From the NCBI GenBank assembly GCA_044222475.1, contig JBGANF010000029.1, positions 1-64,000 on the forward strand: a stretch of DNA of 64,000 nt. The letters are read 5' to 3'. The stretch comes from Polyangiaceae bacterium (GTDB taxonomy: Bacteria > Myxococcota_A > Polyangia > Polyangiales > Polyangiaceae). Under the pieces are notes generated by a model. The model saw only the letters and a program-made list of their open reading frames with translations, ran no database searches and had not been told where the DNA came from. Made by a program: the position numbers and the translations under genes. Of this stretch, positions 35,599-45,365 are shown piece after piece. Position 1 is the first letter of the stretch, and every line of letters begins with the position of its first letter.

Positions 35599-37060
35599 AG
35601 AAGCGCTTGGGTCCGGTCTCGGCGTCCCAGGCAAGCAGCTTGGCCACCGGGGCGCCGTTCTCGATGCGGATCACGAGGTGCGTCCTCGCGGCGCGGTAGT
35701 CGGTGGCCTCTTCGGAGGGCTCGTCTTCGGCCCACGAGCCGAGGTTGATGTACGTGGATGCGCCCTCGTTGACCGGGATGCGCGTCGGAATGTGGGTGTG
35801 ACCCATCACGACGAACGCCGCCGGGAGGAGCCTCGCGAGGTGGGTCGCGCGATCGGCCATCTCGTCCGCGGGATCGACGTGCCGCGACGCCGAGAGGTGG
35901 CGGTGCGCCAGGAACCACGCGCCGAGGACGCCGAGGCCCGCCCAGAGGAAGTGCCCGTGGAACGCGCCGAGGATCGCGACCGCGGTGAGGAGGATCGACG
36001 CAGCGAGGGCCACCGCGAGACGATCGAGCAGGACGCTCGCGAGGATGCCGCGGATCGATCGCGTGACCGGCATCGCCTGCATGGCCGCGAGCGCGCGGAT
36101 GCGCTCACGGCCGATGCGCGTCGCTTCGGCGAGCAGCGCCATCCGTCGCTCGTGCTCGCTGCGCAGCGCGGTGGCGGCTTCGGAGAGGTGCTCCTGACGG
36201 AGCCGGAAGAGCTCGAGCACCGCGCGCGCGAACCGCAGCCCGAGCTTCGCCATCCCGCCGATGCCCTGCTTCGCGCCGAACGCGAGGTAGTAGCCGAGGC
36301 CGGTGTTCTCGTGACCGTGCTCGCGCATGCCGCGCGTGGGGCGAACGACGTGACGAAGGAGCACGTCGCAGAAGCCGCGCGCCACGCGCCGCGGGTCGAA
36401 CGGCGACAGCGGCGCCATCACGTGCTCGGTCACGCAGTACGGATCGTACTGGTGGCCGTGCTCGATGTACGCGACGCCGTTCCAGTAGAAGAACCACGGG
36501 TTGAACTCGATGCGATCGAGGAACGATCCGTCGAGCGCCGCGCCGCTCTTCGCTGCGCGTGCTTCGGCGTGACCGAGCAGGATCCGACGGAAGTCGCTCT
36601 TCACCTCGTCCCAGTGGAACTCGACGTCGTGGTTGCCGTGGACGACCGTCAGCGCGTGCCCTTCGGCGACGAACGCTGCGAGCGCCTCGAAGACGTCGCC
36701 GTGACGGTCGGCCACGCGGCGGAGCTTGATGCGCGCGTGATCGGACGCGTTGCCGAGGCCGTGCTCTTGCTCCTCCGCAGTGAGCTCGGTCGCGAGGTCT
36801 TCTTCGCCCGCGCCGACCGTGATCCCGATGAAGTCGATGAAGTCACCGGCGATCACGATGCGCCAGCGATCGCCGGCGGGCGTCTCGGCCAGGTAGTGAC
36901 GCAGCAGCTCGACGAGATCGCGATCGATCTTGTGCGAGCGCCGGACGACGTGCCCCGTGTCTCGGTCGTTGAGGTCACTCCCGAGGTGAACGTCGGAGAA
37001 GACCAGCAGACTCTCGTTCTTGGTTGGTGGAGCGATCGACGACACGGACCCTGCATTCAA
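35573..37060 (-). CDS. Calcineurin-like metallophosphoesterase with internal membrane segment
   Basis: SDVHLG, GDFIDF, GNHD, EHGHQYD, MGHTH, NLGSW. Confidence 0.88.
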   Translation of the reverse strand: MNAGSVSSIAPPTKNESLLVFSDVHLGSDLNDRDTGHVVRRSHKIDRDLVELLRHYLAETPAGDRWRIVIAGDFIDFIGITVGAGEEDLATELTAEEQEHGLGNASDHARIKLRRVADRHGDVFEALAAFVAEGHALTVVHGNHDVEFHWDEVKSDFRRILLGHAEARAAKSGAALDGSFLDRIEFNPWFFYWNGVAYIEHGHQYDPYCVTEHVMAPLSPFDPRRVARGFCDVLLRHVVRPTRGMREHGHENTGLGYYLAFGAKQGIGGMAKLGLRFARAVLELFRLRQEHLSEAATALRSEHERRMALLAEATRIGRERIRALAAMQAMPVTRSIRGILASVLLDRLAVALAASILLTAVAILGAFHGHFLWAGLGVLGAWFLAHRHLSASRHVDPADEMADRATHLARLLPAAFVVMGHTHIPTRIPVNEGASTYINLGSWAEDEPSEEATDYRAARTHLVIRIENGAPVAKLLAWDAETGPKRFSMPPPPEA

Positions 37061-37121
37061 TGTGGATCGCCGCCGGGAAAAGGCGAGTCATCTTCGCGTC
37101 ATCTGGAGCTACGATCGAAGG

Positions 37122-38174
37122 ATGCGCTCGCTGCCATGGCTCGTCTTGGTCATGGCGGCGTGCGGTGCGCGGACCGGCCTCGGTGTGGGCGTCGAACCCA
37201 CCGACGGCGGGCGGGACGGTGGCGTCGATGGCGCACTGCGTGATGCGAGAGCCGACGCGGCCCCGAACCCGTGTCCGCCTGCGCTCGTACCGACCGCGGT
37301 TTACGCCTTTTCGTCGGGCGGAATGGCGATCGCCCTCGCCCAAGACGAGACGTGGCTCTACGCGTTTCGCCACACCCCGAACACGAACGTCGGCGATCTC
37401 ATCCGCGTCCCGAAATGCGGCGGACCGGAGACGAAGCTCGCCGGGGCGATCCCCACTCCGTCGGCGATCGACGTCGACGCGACCCGGCTCTACTGGATCG
37501 AAGGCAACGCAGCATCGAAGGTCAGGGCGATGGCCAAGACCGGCGGCCCCATCGCGACGCTCGCCGACGTCGGCACGGTCCCGGTGCCGATGCTCGCGCT
37601 CCGCGGGAGCCGTCTCTACTACCAAGCCTCCACCAACGGGACCGACGTCTTCATCCACGAGCTCGCGCTCGCCAACCAGGGGAGTGACGGCGGCATCCCG
37701 GATCGCACCATCGGACCGAGCTTCGGCTTCTTCGCGGTCGACGACACCTGGGTCTACACGCGCAGCAAGAGCCTGTGGCTCGGGGCCATCCCGATCGCGG
37801 GCGGCAACGTGACCGACCTCGCGGTGGCGCCGACCGGAGGACGGATCGCGGTCGACGGCCCCGACGTCTACTTCACCGAGAACCCCAGCTTCAAGCAGGG
37901 CGAGGTCTGGCTGACGGGCATGGGCAGGCCCGCCAAGCGGGTGCGTCAGAAGCTCGACGTGCCGAGCGGTCTCGCCCTCGACGCGACCCACGTCTACGTC
38001 GCCGAGGCTGGCTTCGACGCCGGCACCGGTGTCGTGTCGCGAACGCCTCGCGCCGGCGGCGCCGTCGAGGTCCTCGCGAGCGCGCAGGACCAACCAGAGA
38101 TCCTCGTCGTCGACGACTCGAGTCTCTATTGGCTGAACTACCGCGGGGCGATCATGAAGCTCGACAAGCCCTAA
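37122..38174 (+). CDS. Lipoprotein with beta-propeller repeats (VD..xxYW type)
   Basis: MRSLPWLVLVMAACGARTGL lipobox; repeats IDVDATRLYW, AVDDTWVY, AVDGPDVYF, ALDATHVYV, VVDDSSLYW. Confidence 0.8.
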   Translation: MRSLPWLVLVMAACGARTGLGVGVEPTDGGRDGGVDGALRDARADAAPNPCPPALVPTAVYAFSSGGMAIALAQDETWLYAFRHTPNTNVGDLIRVPKCGGPETKLAGAIPTPSAIDVDATRLYWIEGNAASKVRAMAKTGGPIATLADVGTVPVPMLALRGSRLYYQASTNGTDVFIHELALANQGSDGGIPDRTIGPSFGFFAVDDTWVYTRSKSLWLGAIPIAGGNVTDLAVAPTGGRIAVDGPDVYFTENPSFKQGEVWLTGMGRPAKRVRQKLDVPSGLALDATHVYVAEAGFDAGTGVVSRTPRAGGAVEVLASAQDQPEILVVDDSSLYWLNYRGAIMKLDKP

Positions 38175-38183
38175 TGAGGAACG

Positions 38184-38744
38184 TCACGGCGCGCGAAAGC
38201 ACCCGTCGACGTGGTCGTTCACCAGCCCGCACGCTTGCATGAACGCGTAGCAGATCGTGGAGCCGACGAAGCGGAACCCTCGCTTCTTCAGGTCGCGACT
38301 CAGCGCGTCGGACTCGGGCGTGCTCGCTGGGATGTCGCGCATCGACTTTCGTCGCTTCCGCAGCGGCGCCCCGTTCACGAAACGCCACACGTACGCGTCG
38401 AACGAGCCGAGCTCCTTCTGGATCGCGAGGAACGCGCGCGCGTTCGTCACCGTCGACTCGATCTTCTGGCGGTGGCGGACGATGCCTTCGTCCTGCATCA
38501 AGCGATCGATCTTCTTCGCGTCGTACCGCGCGACCTTTTTCGGATCGAACCCCGAGAACGCTCTCTGGTAGTTCGCTCGCTTCTTCAGGATCGTCGTCCA
38601 CGAGAGGCCCGCCTGCGCGCCCTCGAGCGTCAGAAACTCGAAGAGCTTGCGGTCGTCGTGAACCGGCACGCCCCACTCTTCGTCGTGGTAGCGATCGTTC
38701 GGAGGCTCGGCCGCCCAGCCGCAGCGAACGCGCGGCTTCAGCAC
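38184..38744 (-). CDS. tag: DNA-3-methyladenine glycosylase I
   Basis: RCGWA, YHDEEWG, LEGAQAGLSW, FVGSTICYAFMQACGLVNDH...C. Confidence 0.95.
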   Translation of the reverse strand: MLKPRVRCGWAAEPPNDRYHDEEWGVPVHDDRKLFEFLTLEGAQAGLSWTTILKKRANYQRAFSGFDPKKVARYDAKKIDRLMQDEGIVRHRQKIESTVTNARAFLAIQKELGSFDAYVWRFVNGAPLRKRRKSMRDIPASTPESDALSRDLKKRGFRFVGSTICYAFMQACGLVNDHVDGCFRAP

Positions 38745-38784
38745 GTGTGCCCTTCGGGCCGTCGGTCCGCCTTCCGGCGGGCCC

Positions 38785-41313
38785 TCAATCCGCGCTCCCG
38801 GACTCGTCCTCGACGCTGACCCACTCGAGGCGCGCCATCGGGATGTCCTTCGAGTAGACGACCACCGGCGCGAGAGCGCGGGCGATCTCCTTCACTTGGA
38901 TCGGCAGCCCTTCGATCGAGATGGGCGAGCCCGCGGCGCCGAGGCCGCCGGCTTCGAGCACGGTCTCGAGGAGGGTCTTCTCGATCACCGGCACTTCCAT
39001 GATCGGGCAGTCGCTCGGGAGACCGCCGAGCCTGCGCGCTTCTTCGAGCGCCTCGCGGATGCCGCCGAGCTTGTCCACGAGGTGATGGTCCAGCGCCTGC
39101 TGTCCGGCCCACACGCGACCCTGACCGACGGCGTCGACCTGCTCCTTCGTCATGTGACGGCCCTGCGAGACGCGATCGAGGAACACGTCGTAGAACTGGC
39201 CGACCTTGCGCTGGAGCTCTTTCTGCTCTTCCTCGGTGAAGCCTCGGAAGAACGACTCGGCGTCGGCTCGCGGCGCGGTGCGGAAGGTGTCGACGTTGAC
39301 GCCGATCTTCGTGAGGAGCTGGCTCGCGTCGGCCTTGCCGTAGAAGATGCCGATCGATCCGGTGACGGTGAGCGGCAAGGCGTAGATCTCCTTGCCGGCC
39401 GTAGCGATGTAGTACCCACCGCTCGCCGCGACCGACCCCATCGACACGACGACCGGCTTCCTCTCCGCGAGGTTCCGGATCTCGCGCCACATGACGTCGG
39501 CCGCCATCGACGATCCGCCGGGGCTCTCGATGCGGAGGACGACGGACTTGACCGTCGGGTCGTCCCTGAGTGCCTTCGCGGTGTCGGCGATCGTGTAGCT
39601 GCCGACGAGCTTCATGTCGAGGATGGGGATCTTCTGCGAGCGACCGTCGACCATGTCGCCGTCGACGTAGAGGATGGCGACCTTGCTCTGAGGGCCGAAG
39701 GACTTCGGCGCGAGGTCGTCCGACTCGTACTTCTTCACCGAGACCGAGCGGCCGATCATCTCGCGGGTGGCGCGATCGAGCTCGTCGTCGAACGCGGTCG
39801 CGTCGACGAACTTCGCTTCGATCGCCTCTTTGGCGACGAACGGACCCTTCGCGGTCGCCGCGCGGATGTCCTCTTCCTTGAGCTTTCGCCCCACCGAGAG
39901 GTTCTTCACGAACACCGCCTCGACGTTGCGGAGGAGGTCTTCGTGATCGGCGGCGGCGACGTCGCTTCCGTGCTCGTTGGTGAACTGCTCGGGCGCGCTC
40001 TTGTGGGCGCCGATGCGGACGAACTCGGCCTTGATGCCGAGCTTGCCGAGCAACCCGGCGAGGTAGATGTACTGCGATCGCAGACCGGCGTAGCGCACGC
40101 CGCCGGCGGGGTTCACGACGATGCGGTCGGCGTTGGCGCAGACGTAGAGCGACTTGGCGCCGTTGTCCTCGAAGCTGCAGAGGACCTTCTTGCCGCGCGA
40201 GCGGATGACGCGCAGCGCGTCGGCGAGCTCTTCGGCGTGGGCGTAGCTCGACGCGGGCTCGGCGCGGAGCACGAGCTCGAGGCCGGAGATGTTCGGCGCG
40301 TCGGCGATGGCCCACAGCTTCTGGAGCAGGTGCACGTGGCCGCGCGTGCCCGGCGTGGTCTCGATGCGGATGGACACGGCGCGCCCCGGATCGGGGATGC
40401 CGGGGTTCTTGTATCCTGCAATCGACAGCGTGCCGTACTCGCCGACGCCCTCGCCGCCGAGTCCGCCGCCGAACATCGCACCGGCGCCGGCCGTAGCGGG
40501 GCCGAGCGCGATCTCGAGACCGGCGGTGCCGTAGTAGCTGCGGCGCGCGTCGTTGCCGAGGTCGTTGATGACGAACTCGCCGCGAACGCGACCGACGCCG
40601 GGCACGTCGACCGCGGCGGTGGCGCGCGGCAGCCACGCGTCGTTGGCGGTCCCGGCGGACCCCTCTTTGTATTGGAGCTCCAGGCCGATCTCGACGACGC
40701 GGCGACCCGTCGGACGGAACGCGCTCGAGAGGACCCAGCTGCGATCGAGGATGGGCTGCCCGTTGGGGAACGGAGCCACCGACGCGCGGGTGAAATCCTG
40801 AGCGACGAGCGCGAACGCGATGTGCGGATCGGGCCGGAAGCTCGCGCCGGCCGAGAGGCCGAACATGCCGTCGGTCACCGGGTTCGACGAGAAGCTCCGC
40901 TGGATCGACGCGCCGAACGCGAACACGTCGGACAGTCGGTAGGCGAGGGCCCACGTGAGCCACCCGTACGGCGTGGCGCCGTAGAGCGGACCCGCGCTGA
41001 TCGGCGGGAGCGCGTAGTCGACGCGGAGGCCGGTCGAGAGGCCGAAGATCACTGGCGTCGCCGCGGAGAGCGCGTGACCGCAGTTCACCTTGGACGTGTC
41101 GGTGCAGCGCACGCCGTCCCAGCGGACCTCCCAGCTGGGGAGGTACGCGAGGTTCGCGGGGTTGAGCCGGATCGCTTCGCTCGTGTCGTCGCTCGCGGCG
41201 TTGCGGCCGACCGCGTCGAGGCGCTCGGCGCGTTGGGGGAGCGGATCGGCGAACGCCGTGCTCGAAGCACACGCTGCGAGGACCGAAAGGAGAACGGTGG
41301 ATCGTGTTCGCAT
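38785..41313 (-). CDS. sppA: Signal peptide peptidase SppA (S49) with N-terminal beta-barrel-like domain
   Basis: HKSAPE, RIESPGGS, SMGSVAASGGYY, TGSIG, GRVWAG.QA...LVDKLGG; start reassigned to MRTRSTVLL (signal peptide). Confidence 0.9.
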   Translation of the reverse strand: MRTRSTVLLSVLAACASSTAFADPLPQRAERLDAVGRNAASDDTSEAIRLNPANLAYLPSWEVRWDGVRCTDTSKVNCGHALSAATPVIFGLSTGLRVDYALPPISAGPLYGATPYGWLTWALAYRLSDVFAFGASIQRSFSSNPVTDGMFGLSAGASFRPDPHIAFALVAQDFTRASVAPFPNGQPILDRSWVLSSAFRPTGRRVVEIGLELQYKEGSAGTANDAWLPRATAAVDVPGVGRVRGEFVINDLGNDARRSYYGTAGLEIALGPATAGAGAMFGGGLGGEGVGEYGTLSIAGYKNPGIPDPGRAVSIRIETTPGTRGHVHLLQKLWAIADAPNISGLELVLRAEPASSYAHAEELADALRVIRSRGKKVLCSFEDNGAKSLYVCANADRIVVNPAGGVRYAGLRSQYIYLAGLLGKLGIKAEFVRIGAHKSAPEQFTNEHGSDVAAADHEDLLRNVEAVFVKNLSVGRKLKEEDIRAATAKGPFVAKEAIEAKFVDATAFDDELDRATREMIGRSVSVKKYESDDLAPKSFGPQSKVAILYVDGDMVDGRSQKIPILDMKLVGSYTIADTAKALRDDPTVKSVVLRIESPGGSSMAADVMWREIRNLAERKPVVVSMGSVAASGGYYIATAGKEIYALPLTVTGSIGIFYGKADASQLLTKIGVNVDTFRTAPRADAESFFRGFTEEEQKELQRKVGQFYDVFLDRVSQGRHMTKEQVDAVGQGRVWAGQQALDHHLVDKLGGIREALEEARRLGGLPSDCPIMEVPVIEKTLLETVLEAGGLGAAGSPISIEGLPIQVKEIARALAPVVVYSKDIPMARLEWVSVEDESGSAD

Positions 41314-41324
41314 GATTCTGCCTC

Positions 41325-41825
41325 TCAGACGAGCGTCGCCAGGTCGCGGAGCGTCGCCGCTTCCGCTTCGAACGTCTTTCGGATTTCGCCCAGGATCGCG
41401 CGCTCGGCGACGCCCTTCACGATGCGCACGCGCAGGTCGAGGTCGCCTTTGACGACGCGACGGGTCTGCGCGCTTCCCGTGGCTTGGAGCTCGTACGTGC
41501 CCTCGGCGTGGAAGTATTTCATCCACTCCGGCTTCACGTGCACCTGCCAGTGGGCCATGTGCTTGTCGAGCTCGTAGCGCGAGATCTCGTCCCACGAGAG
41601 CATCTCGCGGGTGACGACCTTCTTGGCGAAGACGGGGACCTTCACGTTGGCCTGATAGGCCCACACGCGATCGAGGATGCCGTCCTTCAGGACGTGCTGC
41701 TTCTGCCGTACCTCCTCCATGTTGGTCAGCCGCGTGCGGAGACGCGAGAAGAGGTCGGGGGAGATGACCGCGAGCTCGATGGCGTCGCGGGGGATCTCGA
41801 AATCGTGGGCGATCTCGAAGTGCAC
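41325..41825 (-). CDS. DUF2505 / SRPBCC-like protein
   Basis: MHFEIAHDF...LSWDE...GTYEL...TRRVVKGDLDLRV...AERAI pattern. Confidence 0.6.
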   Translation of the reverse strand: MHFEIAHDFEIPRDAIELAVISPDLFSRLRTRLTNMEEVRQKQHVLKDGILDRVWAYQANVKVPVFAKKVVTREMLSWDEISRYELDKHMAHWQVHVKPEWMKYFHAEGTYELQATGSAQTRRVVKGDLDLRVRIVKGVAERAILGEIRKTFEAEAATLRDLATLV

Positions 41826-41872
41826 GGGGGTCCCAGCCTAGTACGCCGGCGCCCGTGAATCACGGAAAACGC

Positions 41873-44098
41873 TCAGTTCGGCTGCTTCGTCGCGCAGCGG
41901 CCGTTGATGCAGTCGAGCGACGTTCCGCAGCAATCCGCCGCGGTCGTGCATTTCTCGAACTCGACCGCGCACGACGGCGGAACCTGCGTACAGGTGAGCC
42001 CGCCGTCTGCCGTACTGCGGCAGTAGCCGCCGCAGCACTCGTCGCCGGTCTCGCACGAGTTGCCGTCGTTCTTGCAGGGATCGACGACCCAGAAGCCGCG
42101 CGAGTTGCCCGCGAGGAGCTCCTGCGCGGGGAGGTAGAACGCGGGGTGGCTCGGGTCGGTGCCGGGCGGCGCGTTCAGATCGATCGCCGCGACCCAGAGC
42201 TTCTTCGGCGTCGGCTTGGTGCTGATGTCGTGGAAGCGCGGATCGCTCCAGAACGGGTTGATCGTCGCGACGTTGCCGTAGAGGCGGCGCGACGTGAAGA
42301 CGACCCAGGCATACCCGCCCGACGGGACCGGGTTCACGGTCGGCTCGTAGTTGAGCGTCGTGTCGTCGCCGTGGGCGTTCGGGCCAGTGGGCACGTGGCC
42401 GAGGCCGTTCGCCTTGTCGAGGCGGGTGACGGTCTTCGTCTTGAGGTCGACCCAGTAGAGCTGCGCGTGGGTACCCACGTCGCTGCAGCCGCCGGACGAG
42501 TCGCAGTTGGAGCGCGTTCCGGCGTAGTCGCGACCGTTGAAGACGGTCTCGAGCTGGAACACGATGGCGTCGTTCGTCGGGAGGAACGACGGCCACCAGT
42601 CGGTGGTGCCCGCCTGCGGCGTGTGGAGCTTGTCGACCGCGCCGAACGTCGACGGTGCCGTGAAGTCCATGTACGCGAGCGACCTCCCGTCACCGGCGGG
42701 GCCGGCGAAGTAGTTGAACGCGACGTGCTTGCCGTCGGGCGAGAACGCCGGCGTCCCCGCGCGGAGCCCGGCGGGCAGACCGGTCGACGCGATCGTCGTA
42801 CCGGACGGGAGCGCGTAGAGCTGGCTCGCCAGCGCGGACGAGCCCGGCAGGGGCGCGGCATTGGAGAACATCTTCGTCCCGTCCGGGAAGATCCCGGGCC
42901 ACGCGAAGCGCCCGTCGGCCGGGTTGATCGCGGTCTCGACGTTGTTGTTCTTCAGGTTCACGTGCATCGACAGGTTGTAGTTGTTGCCGTTCTGCGTCAC
43001 GAGCATCGAGCCGTCGGCGGCGACGCTGTGGCACACGCGGCAGTTCGTGTCGTTGCCCGAGACCAGCACCGGCCCGGTCGAGTCGCCGCGGATCGCGAGG
43101 GTCGCGCCGCCGAACTTCGGACCGTTGATGGTGCAGCAGTAGTTCTTCGCGAGGTTCGTCCCGTACGAGTTGTAATAGACGGTGCCCTTCAGCGTGCCGT
43201 TCGCGATCTTCCACTTCTCCTTGATCGGACCGTATGCCGCGTTGCCCTTGGCGAACGTGAGCTCGACGTTCACGTCCTCGCCTCCGTTCGAGTAGGCGAG
43301 CGCCTTCCACGCGGCCTGCGGGATCGGGTGGTGGATGAACGGCGTCGCCGTCTTCGCGAAGTAGCCTTTGTATTCGAACGCGGTCTCGGTGATGTGGATG
43401 TAGACCGCGTCGTAGTCGGTCTGGGCGCCCGGCTGCCACATCATGAGCGGCGCGAGGATGCCGCGCGGCCACACGGTCGCGTCGTAGGGGTAGAGCCACG
43501 CGAGCCCCGGATCCGCGGTGGTCGCGCCGGTGAGCACAGCGATCGTGCCGTTCGAGACGGGCTGTCCGGGGCCTTCTCCGCCGACGCCGCCGTTGCCGCC
43601 CGCGCCGCCCGAGTCGACGCCGCCGTCGGTCGGCTGCGCGCCGTTCTCTTCCCACTTGAGGTTCACGGTGACCGGAGTCGACGCGAGCTTGCCCTGGTAC
43701 GACGCCGTGACCGTGCCCTTGCCGCCGAGGGTGCCCTTCGGCGTGAAGACGCCGGTCGTGGTGCTCAGGCTCGCGAGCTCACCGCGATCGAGCGACCACG
43801 ACGCCGCGACGGCCTTGCCGTCGTAGTAGGCCTGGTACGTGATCGACGGAGCCGGCTTGCCGTAGTCGACGTTGACGACCGCGTTGAGCGGCGTGATCGT
43901 GAGGCCGGCAGCGTCGGGGTTGCCGATCCCACCGTCGGTGTCGAACGGGTTGCCCCGGTCGTCCGTGATGGACGAGTCGTTGTCGCCGCCGTCGAGGTTG
44001 TTGAACTGACTCGTGTCCTCTTCGGTGCCGCAGGCGGCGAACGCCGCGGCCACGAGGGCGACGAGGAGAACCAGGAGCGCGCGGTAGCGGGTGAGCAT
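41873..44098 (-). CDS. Large lipoprotein with TolB/PD40-like propeller and Cys-rich C-terminus
   Basis: Lipobox FAAC; YPYDATVWP, CRVCHSV, PAFSPDGKHVAF, WVVFTSRRLYG, terminal C..CC.G.C repeats. Confidence 0.8.
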   Translation of the reverse strand: MLTRYRALLVLLVALVAAAFAACGTEEDTSQFNNLDGGDNDSSITDDRGNPFDTDGGIGNPDAAGLTITPLNAVVNVDYGKPAPSITYQAYYDGKAVAASWSLDRGELASLSTTTGVFTPKGTLGGKGTVTASYQGKLASTPVTVNLKWEENGAQPTDGGVDSGGAGGNGGVGGEGPGQPVSNGTIAVLTGATTADPGLAWLYPYDATVWPRGILAPLMMWQPGAQTDYDAVYIHITETAFEYKGYFAKTATPFIHHPIPQAAWKALAYSNGGEDVNVELTFAKGNAAYGPIKEKWKIANGTLKGTVYYNSYGTNLAKNYCCTINGPKFGGATLAIRGDSTGPVLVSGNDTNCRVCHSVAADGSMLVTQNGNNYNLSMHVNLKNNNVETAINPADGRFAWPGIFPDGTKMFSNAAPLPGSSALASQLYALPSGTTIASTGLPAGLRAGTPAFSPDGKHVAFNYFAGPAGDGRSLAYMDFTAPSTFGAVDKLHTPQAGTTDWWPSFLPTNDAIVFQLETVFNGRDYAGTRSNCDSSGGCSDVGTHAQLYWVDLKTKTVTRLDKANGLGHVPTGPNAHGDDTTLNYEPTVNPVPSGGYAWVVFTSRRLYGNVATINPFWSDPRFHDISTKPTPKKLWVAAIDLNAPPGTDPSHPAFYLPAQELLAGNSRGFWVVDPCKNDGNSCETGDECCGGYCRSTADGGLTCTQVPPSCAVEFEKCTTAADCCGTSLDCINGRCATKQPN

Positions 44099-44128
44099 GA
44101 GGGGCCTCCGGCCGGACCCCTCAGAGTA

Positions 44129-45169
44129 TCACCCGTCGGCGGGGTTCGTCAGCTTTCGGGACCACAGGATGGCGTCCTTGCGGGTGGCGCCAGGTCCCGT
44201 GCCGATCGAGATGTGGTTGATGAGGAGCCCGGTGCGACGGAAGCCGTTCATCACGAACGCCGTCGCGAGCGCGAGGTCGTCACTCGGGGCGAGCGCGAAG
44301 CATCCGACGACGTCGGCCGCGAGGAGCTTCTCGCACAGGGCGCGCACGGCGGACACGATGCAGATCTTCTCCGCGTCGGTCTTCGGTGCGGTGAGCATCT
44401 CGAGGTAGGCGTTGCCGAAGCAGGCCTGCGACTCCGTCGACACGATGAGCTCGTACGGGGTGCTCTTGTACTTGCTCGTGACCGAGTAGTAGCGGCGCTC
44501 TGCGTCGCGACCGAACGGCTCGAACGCGGTCAGGGCGGTGCCCGCCTTGAGCGCGGCGGCGAGCGGCTTCTTCGTGTCGCTCTCCTTGATCTCGGTGATG
44601 GCGACCTTGACGCTCGGGATCGCCTTCGCCGGCGAGTCCTTCGCGTCCTTCGCGCGCTTCTTCGCTTGGGCGATGGTGCGCTCCGCGAGATCCTGGGCGC
44701 GCGTGTCGATCGGGCTCGCCTCTTCCTCGGGATCGATGTCGTCCGAGAGGTCGTCGTTGGCGTGGATCGCGTACGTGTCGTCGGTGACGTTCGGACGCAG
44801 CGCGATGCGCATCTCGCTGGTGCGCTGCTGGCGCTGGGCCGCTTCCTGAGCGGTGTGCACGTTGCAGCCGAGGAGGAACGCGTCGCTCCGCTTGTAGAAG
44901 CCCGGGATGTTCCCCTCGCGCGCGAAGCCGAGGCGCACCCACGTGTTCACCTCGTCGCGTTCGACGAGCGTGTAGATCTTTTCGACGCCTTCACGCTGCG
45001 CGATCGAGAGGACGAACATGCGCTTCGCGTCGCTCGGCCCCGCTCGGAAATCGATGACGCGCATCGTCTTGGCGCGTCGGTTCATCATCATGCAGACCGA
45101 GACCGCGTCGTTCCGGAAGAACATCTCCTCGACGGGTTTTTGCTGTTGCCCCCACGCTTTCGCAGCCAT
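44129..45169 (-). CDS. Hypothetical protein with two GNAT-like segments
   Basis: WVRLGFAREGNIPGFY and FVMNGFRRTGLL resemble GNAT C-terminal motifs; ATG 45169 (GTG 45178 is an alternative). Confidence 0.55.
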   Translation of the reverse strand: MAAKAWGQQQKPVEEMFFRNDAVSVCMMMNRRAKTMRVIDFRAGPSDAKRMFVLSIAQREGVEKIYTLVERDEVNTWVRLGFAREGNIPGFYKRSDAFLLGCNVHTAQEAAQRQQRTSEMRIALRPNVTDDTYAIHANDDLSDDIDPEEEASPIDTRAQDLAERTIAQAKKRAKDAKDSPAKAIPSVKVAITEIKESDTKKPLAAALKAGTALTAFEPFGRDAERRYYSVTSKYKSTPYELIVSTESQACFGNAYLEMLTAPKTDAEKICIVSAVRALCEKLLAADVVGCFALAPSDDLALATAFVMNGFRRTGLLINHISIGTGPGATRKDAILWSRKLTNPADG

Positions 45170-45365
45170 GTCACTCACCCCTCAGACCAGACCTGGGTTT
45201 CAAAAGTGAAACGCGAGTACCACGGTCCGCAAGAGGGGGCAATGGTCGAGTGACGTTTCCCTTTGGCGATTCGGTGACGAGTTTCGGGACCTTAGGCACC
45301 ATTGTTCGCGCGGAAGCTCGGGCGGTTTTCCCCAAAGCTTCCACGGGTTGCAAAGGTGAAATTCG

